From: Blastocystis sp. Blastoise
Lineage: Eukaryota; Protista; Bigyra: Opalinata
DNA length: 64,000 bases
Assembly: GCA_039096225.1 (NCBI GenBank)
Contig: JBBPEB010000017.1
Coordinates: 496,001 to 560,000, forward strand
Direction: 5' to 3'
Part shown: positions 40,976-64,000 of the stretch, piece by piece
How positions within the stretch are numbered: the first letter of the stretch is position 1
How the letters are laid out: each line of letters begins with the position of its first letter
Program-made: the position numbers and the translations under genes
Notes under the pieces: model-generated
What the model was told of the DNA's origin: nothing
Seen by the model: the letters and a program-made list of their open reading frames with translations, nothing else
Database searches by the model: none

Positions 40976-42438
40976 TTAATTCATGTTTATATAATTCGTA
41001 CAAGATTCAATTGAAGGACGGTTTTTTGGATTTATAGTAAGAAAAGATATTGTTAATTGTTGTAACCATTTTGGCTATAAAAAGATATTAAAGAGAAAAA
41101 TATTTCTTAATGATATATATACATAAGGAGATTGTTGAATTTCTTGTTGAATAACTATTGAAAATATGTATATTATATAGGTAAATTCATAAATATATAT
41201 ATATACTTTTTATTCGTTGATATATAAGATTTAACTATATAAATATATTTGTATATTTGTGATTGATATTTTTATATATATATAATATGTTGTTTATATA
41301 TATATGTTTATATATATAGTATTTATATACATGTTCTGAGTCAGAATGACTTGGAAAGGCAACTTGTTTACATATAATTTCATAGAATATACACCCTAAA
41401 CTCCATATGTCACATGACTTTGTATATATAGGAACCAAACCAAACATTTCTGGAGATCTATACCTATAAAGTTATATATAATATTATATATATATATATA
41501 TATATTGAATATATTTATATGATAGAATATTAGATAATATATAATATTAAATATATCTATATATTTACCATCTAGCACTACCTACAGATAACGGAGGAAC
41601 AACTTCTGTTTGTTTCATATCTATATATAAGTTATAATATATTATAAAAAGATATATATATATATATATATACCTTCTATATAGGATATAGAAAAATCAC
41701 ATAATTTGACATGATCTCTGGATACTAAAAAGTTTTCCGGTTTTATATCTCTATATGATAATAATACATAATAATAATAATTATTATTATTTAAAAAAAC
41801 TATGATAATAAACATAATAATTAATATTATTATTTAAAAAACTATGATAATAATAATAATAATAATTATTATTATTATTTAAAAAACTATGATAATAAGC
41901 ATAATAATAATAATTATTATTATTTAAAAAAACTATAATAATAAACATTATTAAAATAAAATTACTAATTAAAATACCTATGAATAATACCATGTGAATG
42001 TAATATATATATGCATTGAATAATATCTTGAATCCATTGAATTGATTGATCCTTATTGAATATATAGTTAATATAATATTTATATATATAATTCATTTAT
42101 ATTACATTATATACATTAGTAAATAAATTGTTTTTCAATATTTCATTTAAATTATGACCACCATATTCTAAAACTAATCCTAACTGATTGTAATTCAATA
42201 TAATACATTATAAACATACCTGAGTATCAGAACACTCTTCTAGCCCATAGCAACATGGAAAATAGGACGATTCAGTTACTAATTTGTAAATCATATACTC
42301 TTTTCTGAGAACTTCATTGCTTAATTGAGTGTTGTTTCTATTAGATAATTTGATGACTGTTTTGTCTGAGGAGTCATCATTCTCAATATAGATATCAAAA
42401 TTATCTGTAGACTTATATAAAGAATATCCACGTAACAT
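40976..42438 (-). CDS. Ser/Thr protein kinase, divergent, multi-exon
   Basis: VIK, LVLEYGG, HR/DIKPENFL, VKLCDFS, YRSPE, DIWSLGCIFYE, NPKNRPS; stop at 40976-40978. Confidence 0.9.
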
Positions 42439-43100
42439 TAATCAATTTATCAACTACTTAATTCCTGTCTTTGATAGAAAAAAACACTTTTTGTCTTTAT
42501 TTTATACTATTTTTCAAAAGAAATTTTTTAGTTAAGAATCAGGCGAGTCAATATACATACGTGAAACACATTAGAACTCATATACCCAATAATGATTCTG
42601 GATAAATGTTTTTATTTTGGTCTTTTGGACTCTTTGAATATTTCATAATTATATTGAGGCTCTGTAATCTAATAATTATTAAGTAAAAAAACTACATATA
42701 CACACATTCGACAATGGAAACTTATTGTTATAAAGACCTTAATTGAACCAATTTTATATATAAACAAAGCTGTCATGTCGTATTCGATGGATATTTCTAG
42801 TTAATAGAAGACAATCTGATGATTGTATCACAAAATTATTTCTAGTATTGATTAATAATATTCTAAATAATATTTTAAATGGAAAGAACATGATAGTTAT
42901 AAAATAAAAGTATCTAAATATGTAGAAATAAGGATAAAAATAATAGAACTGAAATCCAGTGAATTCTATTCAGAAATGATCTGACTTTTTCTTTGGAAGT
43001 CACTTTTTAAAAGTGTATTATCTTGAGTACTCTTCATTGACTTGGAATACAATGTATTTATTTTTGTTTCCATAAGATGAGTTATACATATAGATAAAAA

Positions 43101-44986
43101 ATGTCTGTTGTATTGAAGTGTCTTCATCCAACAATGGTACGGACTTTCCCTATTCAGGTGATAAAAAAGTCGAATTGCATGATACCGATCAAGGCACTTG
43201 GAAAGGCGTTGATGAAAACTTCTAGAGCTGTTGTTTGTAGTACTCAATTTCCTAAGTCATTTCATACATTCTCATTTCTAAACAAAAAATCAGAGAATGT
43301 TCAATCGGAAGTTGTAGAGACCGTTGAAACTTTACCAAAAAAGAAGAACTTAGCTTATTATATAAAATCAGCTCCTCAGGTCACAATATTTTATTTTGGA
43401 TTGTAAATTTTTATATTTTAAGTTTTTTTTAATGATTATCTAAGTATCATGTGTTTTATAATGATATTCTTATATATATTATTCTTATATATATTTTGTT
43501 AGATATGGTGGTTGCTTATTCTCTATTTATGAACTTTTAAATTTTGGTATTATTGATCCTACTCTTTTATCTGCATGGCTTACAGGACAAAGTCCAAAAT
43601 TAGGTAGTATGATAGCTAGTTATCCTAAAGTATATATATATATATTATTCATCATTAATGTATTGCATATTTTTATTTGTAAACATATATCTTTGTCTTA
43701 ATAAGATTTTTGTAACTTATAGCTCGTTTATTGTTTTTATATGTGTTTATGCTATACATATTTTTATCCTTTCATTTTTATTACTAAATTATTCCATTTT
43801 GTTATTTATAATAGTTTGTTTTCTTTCTCTCTATATATATATAATTACTATATATAGAGTAGTTTATTTGCTATTTCCTATGTTACTTGTAAATTGACAA
43901 GTCCTTTTCGAGCAGGTTTAACTATTTGGTATGGAAATAAAGTGATAAAATCAAAGAAAGCAAAACAAGAAAAAGAATTAGTAGAAGAAGTATTAGATAG
44001 TTCTATTTCTGCTCCACATCAGTCTAGAATCAAATCATCTGCTGAAACTAATGAATTTAGACGATCTTTTGGAGTTGTTAGACGTAATAATAACAAGTAT
44101 AAATATATTTGTAATAATAGTTATCATTATAATAAACTATAATAATAATGTAATAATATATGTAATAATAAACTTTAATAATAAGTATAATAATATATAA
44201 TTATAGTTATCATTATAATAAACTATAATATAAATTATAATAAACTATAATAATAATAAAAATTACATAAATTATAATAATAATATAAACTATAATAATA
44301 AGTATAATAATATATAATTATAGTTATCATTATAATAAATTATAATATAAATTATAATAAATTATAATAACTATAATAATAATAAAAATTATATAAATTA
44401 TAATAATAATATTAACAATAACATTAGTATTTCAAATAATAACAAAAGCATGAATAATTATTATACAAATCCTTCTGAAGATGAATATACACATCATAAT
44501 CAATCGGAATCAAATGAAGACTATAATACTACTTCTACACATAAGAATCAATATACTACTTGTGGTTGCCAATCTCATCATCATTGTGGATGTGGAAGTC
44601 ATCATCAATATCCTAGCTATGAGTACATATATAGATATGACGGTGAAGATGATATTGAATATGAATCAGAAACTCAATGTCAATCTCATCATTCTCATCA
44701 TCATGAATGTCCTCATCATCAACAAACATCATCAAATAATTGTAATTGCCATAATCATTCTTGCTGTAATCATCATAATCAATATAATGCTACTGATTAC
44801 TATACAGATCCTAAAACTAATAAAATCAACGAAGATATTGATCAATTATGTTGGAGAAGAAAAGAATGTCATTGTAAGAAAGGACAAGAATGCCAATGCA
44901 AAATAGCAGGAAGATGTCTTGCTCCTGAAGGCAAAATGTGCTATTGTACATTCACAGGCGAATGTCTTTGCCAAAAAGAATTATAA
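43101..44986 (+). CDS. FAM210/DUF1279-like protein with a mitochondrial-type presequence, probably spliced to a Cys/His-rich C-terminal domain
   Basis: Basic, acid-free N-terminus; SLFAISYVTCKLTSPFRAGLTI resembles the DUF1279 LAYAxxKxxxPxR motif; intron 44097-44427 joins in frame to the 44450-44986 ORF. Confidence 0.6.
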
Positions 44987-45550
44987 AATTGTTTACAAAC
45001 AAGTTTATAAACTTTATTCAAAGTTATTCTTTATCTATCGTCTCTTTAAAATCCATTATTTTGTATTTTTTAAAAATTTCTAACATCATAAGATTATCTT
45101 ACATTACGAAAACAACTCTTACAAAGCTAATCATATTAATTAATGTAAATAAAGCAAAAACAAGTCGTGATAACTCATAATCATGACAAAATTTGCATCC
45201 TTGACAACTCTAGTTCTTACTCTAAGTATTTAAAACTGAACTCATGTCTTTTTTACTACAAACATGAACTTCTGTGAGATTGAAATAATGGAAGAAAAAT
45301 GAAATTATATGAACGAGAAACGTTTCTTCTGTTTCAACCAATCTATAGCTGGAATAAATTGGGTCATCCAATCAAATGAACTATTTTGTGATATACAGTC
45401 AATTTTTTTGGGAACTTCTATTTTTAAAAATAGACATACAGTTTGATTATATAATTCAAAAAGTATGCATAATTAATTATTTTTAGATATTGAATCTAAT
45501 AAATACAAAGAAAAACTTATTTTAACATTTAACAGTGAACTAAAAAAGAA

Positions 45551-46836
45551 ATGAATTCTAACTCTGCTGCTTATGCTTATCCTCCTCCTCAAGAACAAGG
45601 TAACGCTCAATTCCAACAACAAAATAATGCTAATATGAATGAAAATAATAATAATGAAGCTCATGATAATCAAGAATTACCTAAAATTAGTGTTTTAAAT
45701 ACTATTTTATCTTTAAAGATAGCTGGTTTTATTCCTACTCTACTTGGCTATATTACAATTCGTATGATGAAAGCCAATTCTACTTTAAGAAAGTTCATCC
45801 CTGGTCGACGATTCTATGTTTTCCCTCTTATTTCACTTTTATATTGGATTATTGGATTTCCAAATGTGATACTTGCATCTATTGTTTTCTATATTTTATC
45901 TTATTTAAAGAATTTATCTATTCCAAAGTCAGTTTTTAATTCTTTAAAGGAGTATGTATTTTTTATTGTTATTTATATATATATGATATATTTTTTATTA
46001 TTATAACGTATTTCTGGTATATATATTTTTAAATAAAAAATAAATACTATTTTGTGATTATCACACTATTTTTTTTCTATATTATCTATAGATTTCAGAA
46101 ATATGTAGATATGAAATTAAAGAGAATTCTTGGTTTATCTCGTATAGCCCAACATGAGAATGAAGACAATTATCAATATACTGTCTTTTTACCTGAAGGA
46201 TGTCACGTAGAAGATTTACAAGTACAATGGTCTAATATAGAAAATAATAATAAAAATCAAATTTTTATTTATAAGAAGAATAATAGACAAGTATTTATTG
46301 TTATTAGTTATAATTATTAGAATTATAGTATTATTATTATTATTAATATTTAATTATATATAGAGTGGTTTTGATTATTATACTTCTATTGAACTTGACT
46401 TTATTGTTCTTCCTAATAATGTATATATTTATTATATTTATAGTATATATTCATTATATTTATAATATACTATATATCATTTTTCATATTATATATTTTA
46501 AATAATCTTATGATTATCATCTATATATATATATAGTGTCATATTGAATATCAAGTAACATCCCAATGTCCTGTATTATTAGTTACTATTCCAAAACCCA
46601 AAGTCAATATTTCTACTATTCCTGTTACTTCTCTTCCTTCTGGTATTCCTCTTTCCTCTTCTTCTTCTACTGGTAATTGCTGTCAAAACCCTGTTGTTCC
46701 TGGAATCTATGATCATTGCATTCCTTTTGTTAATAATCCTTCTTGTATTCCTTCTATGTATCAACAACCTTTTTCGAATACTCAAAATATATGTAAAGAA
46801 GATCAAAAAAATATATTCCCTGAACATAATAATTAA
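45551..46836 (+). CDS. Membrane protein with a divergent alpha-crystallin/Hsp20-like domain; 4 exons
   Basis: Hydrophobic segments in exon 1; HENEDNYQYTVFLPEGCHVEDLQV and VLLVTIPK resemble ACD strands; stop 46834-46836. Confidence 0.6.
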
Positions 46837-47315
46837 TTATTTTTTATTTGTTATTGTTTGATATTCTATTATTTACTATAATATTTATATTGATTCTCTG
46901 TGTTTTGGATGTTTTTGCGTTACTGTTTTATTTTATGATATTATTATCATACTAGTTTTTATTTTCTTGTTTTGTTGTGAATATATATATTCTTGAGTTA
47001 TATATATATATATTAACTGTTACAGAAATTTAAAAATGATTATATAAAAATCAGTTTGTTTTAGCACCTATTTAAAACAATAAATAATGGATATTAGAAA
47101 GATAAAAACAAAACTAGAATAATAATATGTTTAATAGCATTCACAAACCTAAAGAAATAATGAAAAAACAATGTAAAGATAATACAAGAATATCTTTATT
47201 AAAAAAGAAAGAAAAATATATAATAAATCTAATAAAAAAAAAGAAGAAAAATATTAAGAATTAAAAAAGAAAACAGTTCAGTTTAAAATGATATATTAAA
47301 TGAAAAAAGAAAAAC

Positions 47316-47319
<4 letters not shown>

Positions 47320-47400
<81 letters not shown>
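47320..47400. repeat. (AAAT)n microsatellite in the convergent intergenic/3' UTR region
   Basis: Directly visible. Confidence 0.9.
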
Positions 47401-47401
<1 letters not shown>

Positions 47402-47475
47402 ACTAAAGGCAACAATTAGTAGTTTGAAACAGATATGAATAATATTTTTAATAATAAGAATTATTAAGTTTTTTT

Positions 47476-51070
<3,595 letters not shown>

Positions 51071-51464
51071 TGATAAATCAACGAAGGTATTAAGGAATAA
51101 AGAGAAAATGAAAATCTAAAAAAATGCTGTTTCTTTTTTTTTCTTTTTGTCTATATCTTGAAGTTTTTAAGGTATCATGATGGTCACAAACAAATAAACA
51201 TAGTATAATGCGCAAATATATGATAGTATATATCCTATGTTTAATAGATCTTCCATCACAGTTTTGTTTCTTGAGACTTATAATGAAATTCATATCATTA
51301 TATGTGATAGGCATCACCTGTAGAATAAAATAAAATGATTCCCTATATGAAAATCAAAATTCAATTGAAATAATTCATTTCCCTCTTTTTATTTCTTATA
51401 GATAGGTGATTTTTTTTCATTCTTAAAATAAAATACATTAAATCTGAATGACTGTAATAATTAA

Positions 51465-53062
51465 ATGGATATAAATAACAATGAAAATGTTAATTCCATG
51501 GAAGCCGTATTTCTTTTTCTTATTGGATATATAAGAAATAGATGCTTAATAAAGTCCAGACTCTTGAGAATCTATTAAACAAGAATAAACGTATATTATT
51601 GGAAAAGAGGGAAATTGTTAGTCAATTAGAAAAACAACTAAATGATTGTATTCTCTATTTTATCATTTATCATTTAAATGTCATCTATTAGTGAATGAGC
51701 AAATACTTCATTCAAAATCAGATTTAACTTGCTTGATAATTCGTATATATATCTTATTCATATAGTGGTCACTGAAAGCACTAGAAAACTCAGAAAAAGA
51801 AAAAAAAATATTTGAGAATAAACTAAAAATTATTGATCTTCATAAAGAAATAGGTATGCTTATATAAATAATTATCTGTAATTGCTATTCATAGAAAGTC
51901 TTCACCAACGTATATAATTTCAACATATAAATAGAATCGTGATTATCCTATTCTTATTATATGTTATGAATAGTATTGATTATGATGTATTATTATATTG
52001 TATATTTAAATTCGATACTATTATTATTAATTTATAGTTCTATCTGATTATTATATATTATTCTGATTATAATATAGATATTGATAGAATTGATACTGAT
52101 ATACAAGAATATGAGGAATCCATCCATTCTTATGAGTATTATGTTATTATAATTATATATACATATATTCATAATACATACATATATTATTCGAACTGTT
52201 GATATATAAATAAATATATATATATATTTTATATAAAGGATATTGAAAGAACAAGAGTCAAAAAAATGGAAGAAGAAAAGTGATGAAATTGAACAAGCTA
52301 TTCATTATAAATATATAGATATTATTCATAGAAAAAGTAATGAGGCTCAATTAGTAGTAAAAGAAGAAAATAAATGTCAAAAAGAATTAGAAGAGAAAAA
52401 GAAGATGAAAGAAAAGATTGAAATGGAATATAATAGTATTGCTCAACAGTATGAGCAGCAGGAAATAATATATAATCAAAAAATAAAACAAGTAAAATAA
52501 TAGTTTGTCATTTTAGTATTATTATGATTATTATGCTTAATATGATTATCTGAGATATTATTATTGATCTATTATTATGATTAATATAATAATAATATTA
52601 TTATCTCCTTAGGAATCAATGATTAAAGAACAATATGATCATTTGATAAAAGAAGAAAAAGAATTAAAAGTTTCTATTTCTAGATTAGATGAATCTGTAC
52701 ATAATCAAGAAGAAAAAAAAATAGTATTCATTTTTATGATATTAAATTAAAAAAAACAAAATATTTATTATTATTAAAAATATATTTAAAAAATATAGGA
52801 TCTTGAAAGAGATATTACACGTCTAACGAAGATCAACGAGAATCAACGAATTAGCTCTCCGTATTCATCACAATTTTCTAATACTCAAGACAATTCCTAT
52901 AATCAAAATCAATATCACAGCAAATCTCATGAACTTTTCACAACAAATACGAATCCATTCTTAAATGGATTCACAACAGCTTCTGATATTATTACAAGAA
53001 GAAAGAAAACATTCTCATCATCAATTTCTCCTTCACCATCACATCCAAAAGACTTTCATTAA
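51465..53062 (+). CDS. Uncharacterised coiled-coil protein, multi-exon
   Basis: E/K-rich heptad exons joined by GT-AG introns; stop 53060-53062; the junction near 51743-51778 is ambiguous. Confidence 0.6.
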
Positions 53063-53594
53063 ATTTGATTCATTTTTTTAAATCTATATTATAAAAAAAT
53101 ATATAGAAAATACTCAAATTACATTTGGATACAATGTAAATGATTTTTAATTGAATCTCATTTTGTTTCTACTTAATGTAAACACTTAAAATATATGAAA
53201 TAAAGAACGTTATGGCAAAAGAATACATCAAAACAACGAATAACAATTCATGATTCTTTTCTGTTGCTAAGTAGCAATTTGCTTACAAATTTTTTATAAA
53301 ATTACTATTTTCATAATCACGAATTCTTTCGATATCATAGTAGAAATTCTATGATTTCCATGGAGAAATATATGAAATACATTTTTAATTAATCTAATTC
53401 GTATTTTCGTGGGAATATGGAATTACTTCCCATAACTTACTTGATTTCTATAAAAAAGTATGTTTCTAGTAGGAAAAACGACTTGAGAAAATAATATATT
53501 TAAATTGGTATTTTAGTGATACTAATTATAGATTTCTTTATAATAATATTTATATTGAAAAATAGATTTATTGTATAATAAGTTTGAGTGCAAT

Positions 53595-60074
<6,480 letters not shown>

Positions 60075-61196
60075 TTATTATTTTATATAATATATTATAT
60101 ATATTATTGTTATTCATCTGCTATAAACTATATTTAATACTATTCATACTCTATATAAATAACTGTATTTTTTTGTGTTGTTTTTATTACGATTCATGTG
60201 CTTATCGTGTTTTGTTTCTATTTGAATTACATTAAACATTTCATATATAAAACAATATATTTATATAAAAATACATAAATAATAAAGAAACTAAACCAAA
60301 GAAAAAGAATTTTATATGCTTTTATAACTATATATATAGAGTTATTTTTACTGTAAATGGATAAATATTGTTTTTTTTAAATTTGTTAATAAATGATAAT
60401 TATAAGTTTTAGTTTAAAATAAAAGAAGAGGAGAGAATATAGATTTACATGCATATATATATATAATGTGTACATGAATATTAAGACAGAAACAGGAATA
60501 AGGCTAAAAAAGTTTGGGAAATATATAAATGATTTTAATATATATATATATGTACAAAAAATAGATAAATATAAAAATTGTTGATAAATGATATAATAAA
60601 AAAGTTATAAATAAATGATATACACACAAAAGAGTTCGTTTTTGTATACGAATTGATGTAGTTAATCAAACATATATAAATATATGTAATATATATATAA
60701 TAGTTATAAATATAGTCTATTTAATTTAATAAGAATATACAGAACATATTTACATAACTAAAATGATATATAATAATTTGTTTAATGATAAAATAAGAGA
60801 ATAAAAAGGATAAAAATAGGTAACACTAAAAAGTAATATATATATATAAATATTAATAAAAAAATATCCATATAATATGTAAAAGGATAAAAACTTATTA
60901 TTTTCTAAATAATTATATAAAAATATTTATATATATTAATAAAAATAAATGACTATTATGTTTATACTAAAGAATAAAAAATATTTATAAAGTAAAGTAT
61001 TACATGAATACAGCATAATTAAATTCCATATTCAATAAAAAAAATAAAATACAATATATAAAAAGAAGACAAGAAAGTCTAGGTTAAAAAGATAAATTAT
61101 GTTTGATAATAAAATAAAAGTAGATAAGAGACAGTAAGAAAAATATGAATATATACAATTATTATAAATAGATAATTCTTAAAAAAAAATATATTT

Positions 61197-64000
61197 TTAT
61201 ATTTCTTTATTAAATTCTTTAATAAAGAATATCTGAATTGTTTTTTGTTCTTTATGGAAATTGGAAGAGAGATGATTTTGCATAAAATCAAGTATTTCAG
61301 TAGATATATCTTCATTTATAGATCCATTATTAATAGTAAAGGAATTAGAAGGTTCAGAAACATTAGTTATTTCATTATTAAAGAAATTTATAAATGAATT
61401 ATATTGATTTATATTTCTTAGTTTAATTTCTGTATAGAAAGATGTATTCACATTATTAGTATCACTAGTAGAAGAACTATTTTTCACCATAAATACATTA
61501 ATATCAAAAAATTCAAAAGATATAGAAGAAGAAGTAGTAGTTCTAAATACTTTATGAAGAGCTCTTGAAATTAGATATTGGGTATTATAATCAGCATTTG
61601 AAGATAATAAATTTGTTATAACTATATTCATATGTATACTATATCCATTATGATGTATATATTGAACAAATGAATGTTTATTTTGAGGTGTAAATAGAGT
61701 ATTATAATATTTAGGTTTACAACGTCTTGTAAAACAACCCGTAAATAATGTATTTTCAGGATAATCCTTAGAATCAGGATAGAAATATGAATATTCATAT
61801 AATTGTGATTCCTTATAATGAGTATTATAAATAGTATATTCTTCTAGAGTATTTGATAATTCATTAGAATAATAAGTAAATGTTATTGGTTCATCAGTTA
61901 TTATAGCGTCACATTGACTAGGTTTAGAATCAGCAGTATCATCAAAATATTGTAATTTATATATAGACCAGAAAGGTTCTTCTGTTGAGTATAATTTATT
62001 ATTAATATTTATAGTGAATTCATCAGATTCAATAGTTTCTATAATATCTTTATAAGATTCATATTGAGTAACTAATACAATTTCTATTGAAGCAATATCA
62101 TCATTTACATTTGTTTTTCCATCTTTCATTCTTACTATATATACATCTTTTAATGGAATTGGAGAAATTTCTCGGAATACAAATTCAATTATATTTCTAA
62201 ATCCTATTTCTCTATATACAAATTGTATATTTTGTATAGTATTTGAATCTTCTCTTAATACTATTGTATATATAACATATAGATAAGTATAACCAGCTGG
62301 TATAGTTTGTTTAGGATTTTCTTCTGTATTAATAAATCGGTTACGATGACAAATTGATATTTTTGAAACTAAAGTTGCTTTAAGTATTTCTGGATTATAA
62401 ATACATATAGTTTGTTCAACTTGATCATTTGTACATATTTCAATAGAATCTGTTGTATATATATCATTTAAAGAGAAAAGAGGATATAGAGTTTTTGAAC
62501 ATATAGGTTGTACATGTAATAAATATTCAACACCACCAATAGTACAAGTAAAATTCTTATTAAAAGAAGATATATACATAATAAGCATAAAATAACCAAA
62601 ATATGGATTTGATATATAAAAATCTTGATCATAAACTAAAGATTTACCTTCAAATTGACAAGACGATTGACTAATAGAAATACCATTTGCTTGAAAATAT
62701 TCACCAATACCTTGTTGTAAAAATATCATTTTAGGACAATTTTCATTAACAATATGTATTTCATATCGTTTTGTATTTGGTAAATAATGCTCATCAGAAA
62801 TATCTATAATTGCAGTAATAGTCATATATACAACTATAGTTTCATGAACTTGTGAAGCATATATACCCTCAATAAATGTTTTAATACCTATAATTCCCAA
62901 GGTTAATCCATACATAGAACAATCAATTAAATTAGTTAAATCATAATCATTATAGCATTGTAATTGATAATTTTGTATACCAGAACAAGTAGTTTGTTCA
63001 TAATCAAAAGGACATCTAATATTTAATGTACTCTCTTCATTAGTATAATGAATAATAAATCCATCTTCATAAACAAAATCATAATTATCATATAATTCAA
63101 AACTTATAGTTTCAGGTATAATTATATTAAATGAATAATAACAATCTAAAGATGAGTGAATATCATTTCTGCCTTCATTATTATCTTCTAAAGAAAGAAC
63201 TGTATATTTATCACCTTCATAAGCTTTTATTATTTCATTATCTTTATATGTATCAATATATTCTCTTTTAGATAATATAGTTAATTTAATCATAGATATA
63301 TGATTTTGAGTGACAGAAATATCATCATTTTTATAAGTAATTAATTCTACGGATAAATCTCTTGACCAAGAAGTACAATTAGAAGCTATAATATCATCAG
63401 TTTCATTGGGTTCTATTATTGTTGGAAAACTAGATAAATAAACTATATAATCACCAGAGTTTAAACACATATATAAATGATAATGAGGATCAAATAAATT
63501 TCCTTTCATATTTGCAAAACCATAAAATATTTGTAATAATTCTTTTGAATTACTACCATTCTGTTTGTTATATAATTGAATAACTTCAGTACCACCATTT
63601 GTTGTAGCATATTTATCAAGAATAACAATTTTCTGTGAATTATCACAATATAGAATACCTAATGAAAAAGTTGCTATATTATATTCACTATTTACATTTG
63701 TATTGAAAAGAGGAGTATAACCAAAATCACCAACAATATATCCTTTATAATCTAATCCATAAAAATTACTTGATAATAATGTAAAAGTAACATAAGAATT
63801 TGTCATCCATGGACACTTTATTCTTTTATTTTCAAATAAAGTATACATTTTTAAAGAGTATGAACCTTCATATAAACATACAGCATATTCAGATATTTTA
63901 TTTGGATAATTTGAACCTGTATTTTTTAGTATATAACCCCAAGAAGAAGAATCGTTTTCATCTTTTGTATCACCAATAGAGATATCACCTAATAATAATT
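61197..64000 (-). CDS. Large intronless ORF (>930 aa, 5' end outside the window), probable secreted or surface protein of beta-rich repeats
   Basis: Frame stays open from the window edge (LLLGDISIGD...AVCLYEGSYSLKM) to the stop at 61197; recurring CLxxGxYxx motif (CLYEGSYSL, CLNSGDYIV). Confidence 0.75.
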   Translation of the reverse strand, partial: LLLGDISIGDTKDENDSSSWGYILKNTGSNYPNKISEYAVCLYEGSYSLKMYTLFENKRIKCPWMTNSYVTFTLLSSNFYGLDYKGYIVGDFGYTPLFNTNVNSEYNIATFSLGILYCDNSQKIVILDKYATTNGGTEVIQLYNKQNGSNSKELLQIFYGFANMKGNLFDPHYHLYMCLNSGDYIVYLSSFPTIIEPNETDDIIASNCTSWSRDLSVELITYKNDDISVTQNHISMIKLTILSKREYIDTYKDNEIIKAYEGDKYTVLSLEDNNEGRNDIHSSLDCYYSFNIIIPETISFELYDNYDFVYEDGFIIHYTNEESTLNIRCPFDYEQTTCSGIQNYQLQCYNDYDLTNLIDCSMYGLTLGIIGIKTFIEGIYASQVHETIVVYMTITAIIDISDEHYLPNTKRYEIHIVNENCPKMIFLQQGIGEYFQANGISISQSSCQFEGKSLVYDQDFYISNPYFGYFMLIMYISSFNKNFTCTIGGVEYLLHVQPICSKTLYPLFSLNDIYTTDSIEICTNDQVEQTICIYNPEILKATLVSKISICHRNRFINTEENPKQTIPAGYTYLYVIYTIVLREDSNTIQNIQFVYREIGFRNIIEFVFREISPIPLKDVYIVRMKDGKTNVNDDIASIEIVLVTQYESYKDIIETIESDEFTININNKLYSTEEPFWSIYKLQYFDDTADSKPSQCDAIITDEPITFTYYSNELSNTLEEYTIYNTHYKESQLYEYSYFYPDSKDYPENTLFTGCFTRRCKPKYYNTLFTPQNKHSFVQYIHHNGYSIHMNIVITNLLSSNADYNTQYLISRALHKVFRTTTSSSISFEFFDINVFMVKNSSSTSDTNNVNTSFYTEIKLRNINQYNSFINFFNNEITNVSEPSNSFTINNGSINEDISTEILDFMQNHLSSNFHKEQKTIQIFFIKEFNKEI

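Noticed and set aside
42966-43247. 93-aa minus-strand ORF
   Set aside because: Antisense to the FAM210-like first exon and has no motifs
51743-51812. Apparent frameshift or non-canonical splice in the coiled-coil gene
   Set aside because: Explained by an AAG acceptor 13 nt downstream or a homopolymer-A error; cannot be resolved without reads

Overview
Very AT-rich, intron-rich nuclear DNA from a unicellular eukaryote, using the standard code with TAA stops. The short GT-AG introns, GU-rich 3' elements and protein families suggest a Blastocystis-like stramenopile (inference only). Most ORFs in the supplied track are translated intronic microsatellites, so gene models were rebuilt by hand across GT-AG introns. 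In order: an ER-type type I DnaJ, a sphingosine/DAG-kinase-family lipid kinase, tRNA-Thr(AGT), and a ~20 kb gene for a giant type I membrane protein (fibro-slime/PA14, filamin-like and Cys-rich repeats). Then come a divergent cullin, a coiled-coil protein, a p24/TMED cargo receptor, cytosolic malate dehydrogenase, a Ser/Thr kinase, and a FAM210/DUF1279-like protein apparently spliced to a Cys/His-rich tail. These are followed by a membrane protein with an alpha-crystallin-like domain, TSG101/Vps23, a second coiled-coil protein, SF3B1 and a long intronless ORF running off the window. Three signals stand out. (1) An intact Tc1 (DD34E) element sits in the TA of a TAG splice acceptor; its TSD rebuilds the AG, its TIR end looks like a branch point, and it carries a perfect heat-shock element. 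(2) CpG-centred palindromes (TTCCCGCGGGAA family, CACGTG, TGACGC) are strongly enriched in internal exons, the first family in all three reading frames. (3) Gene-body introns are bookended by (TA)n at both splice sites, while promoter-proximal introns mostly are not.
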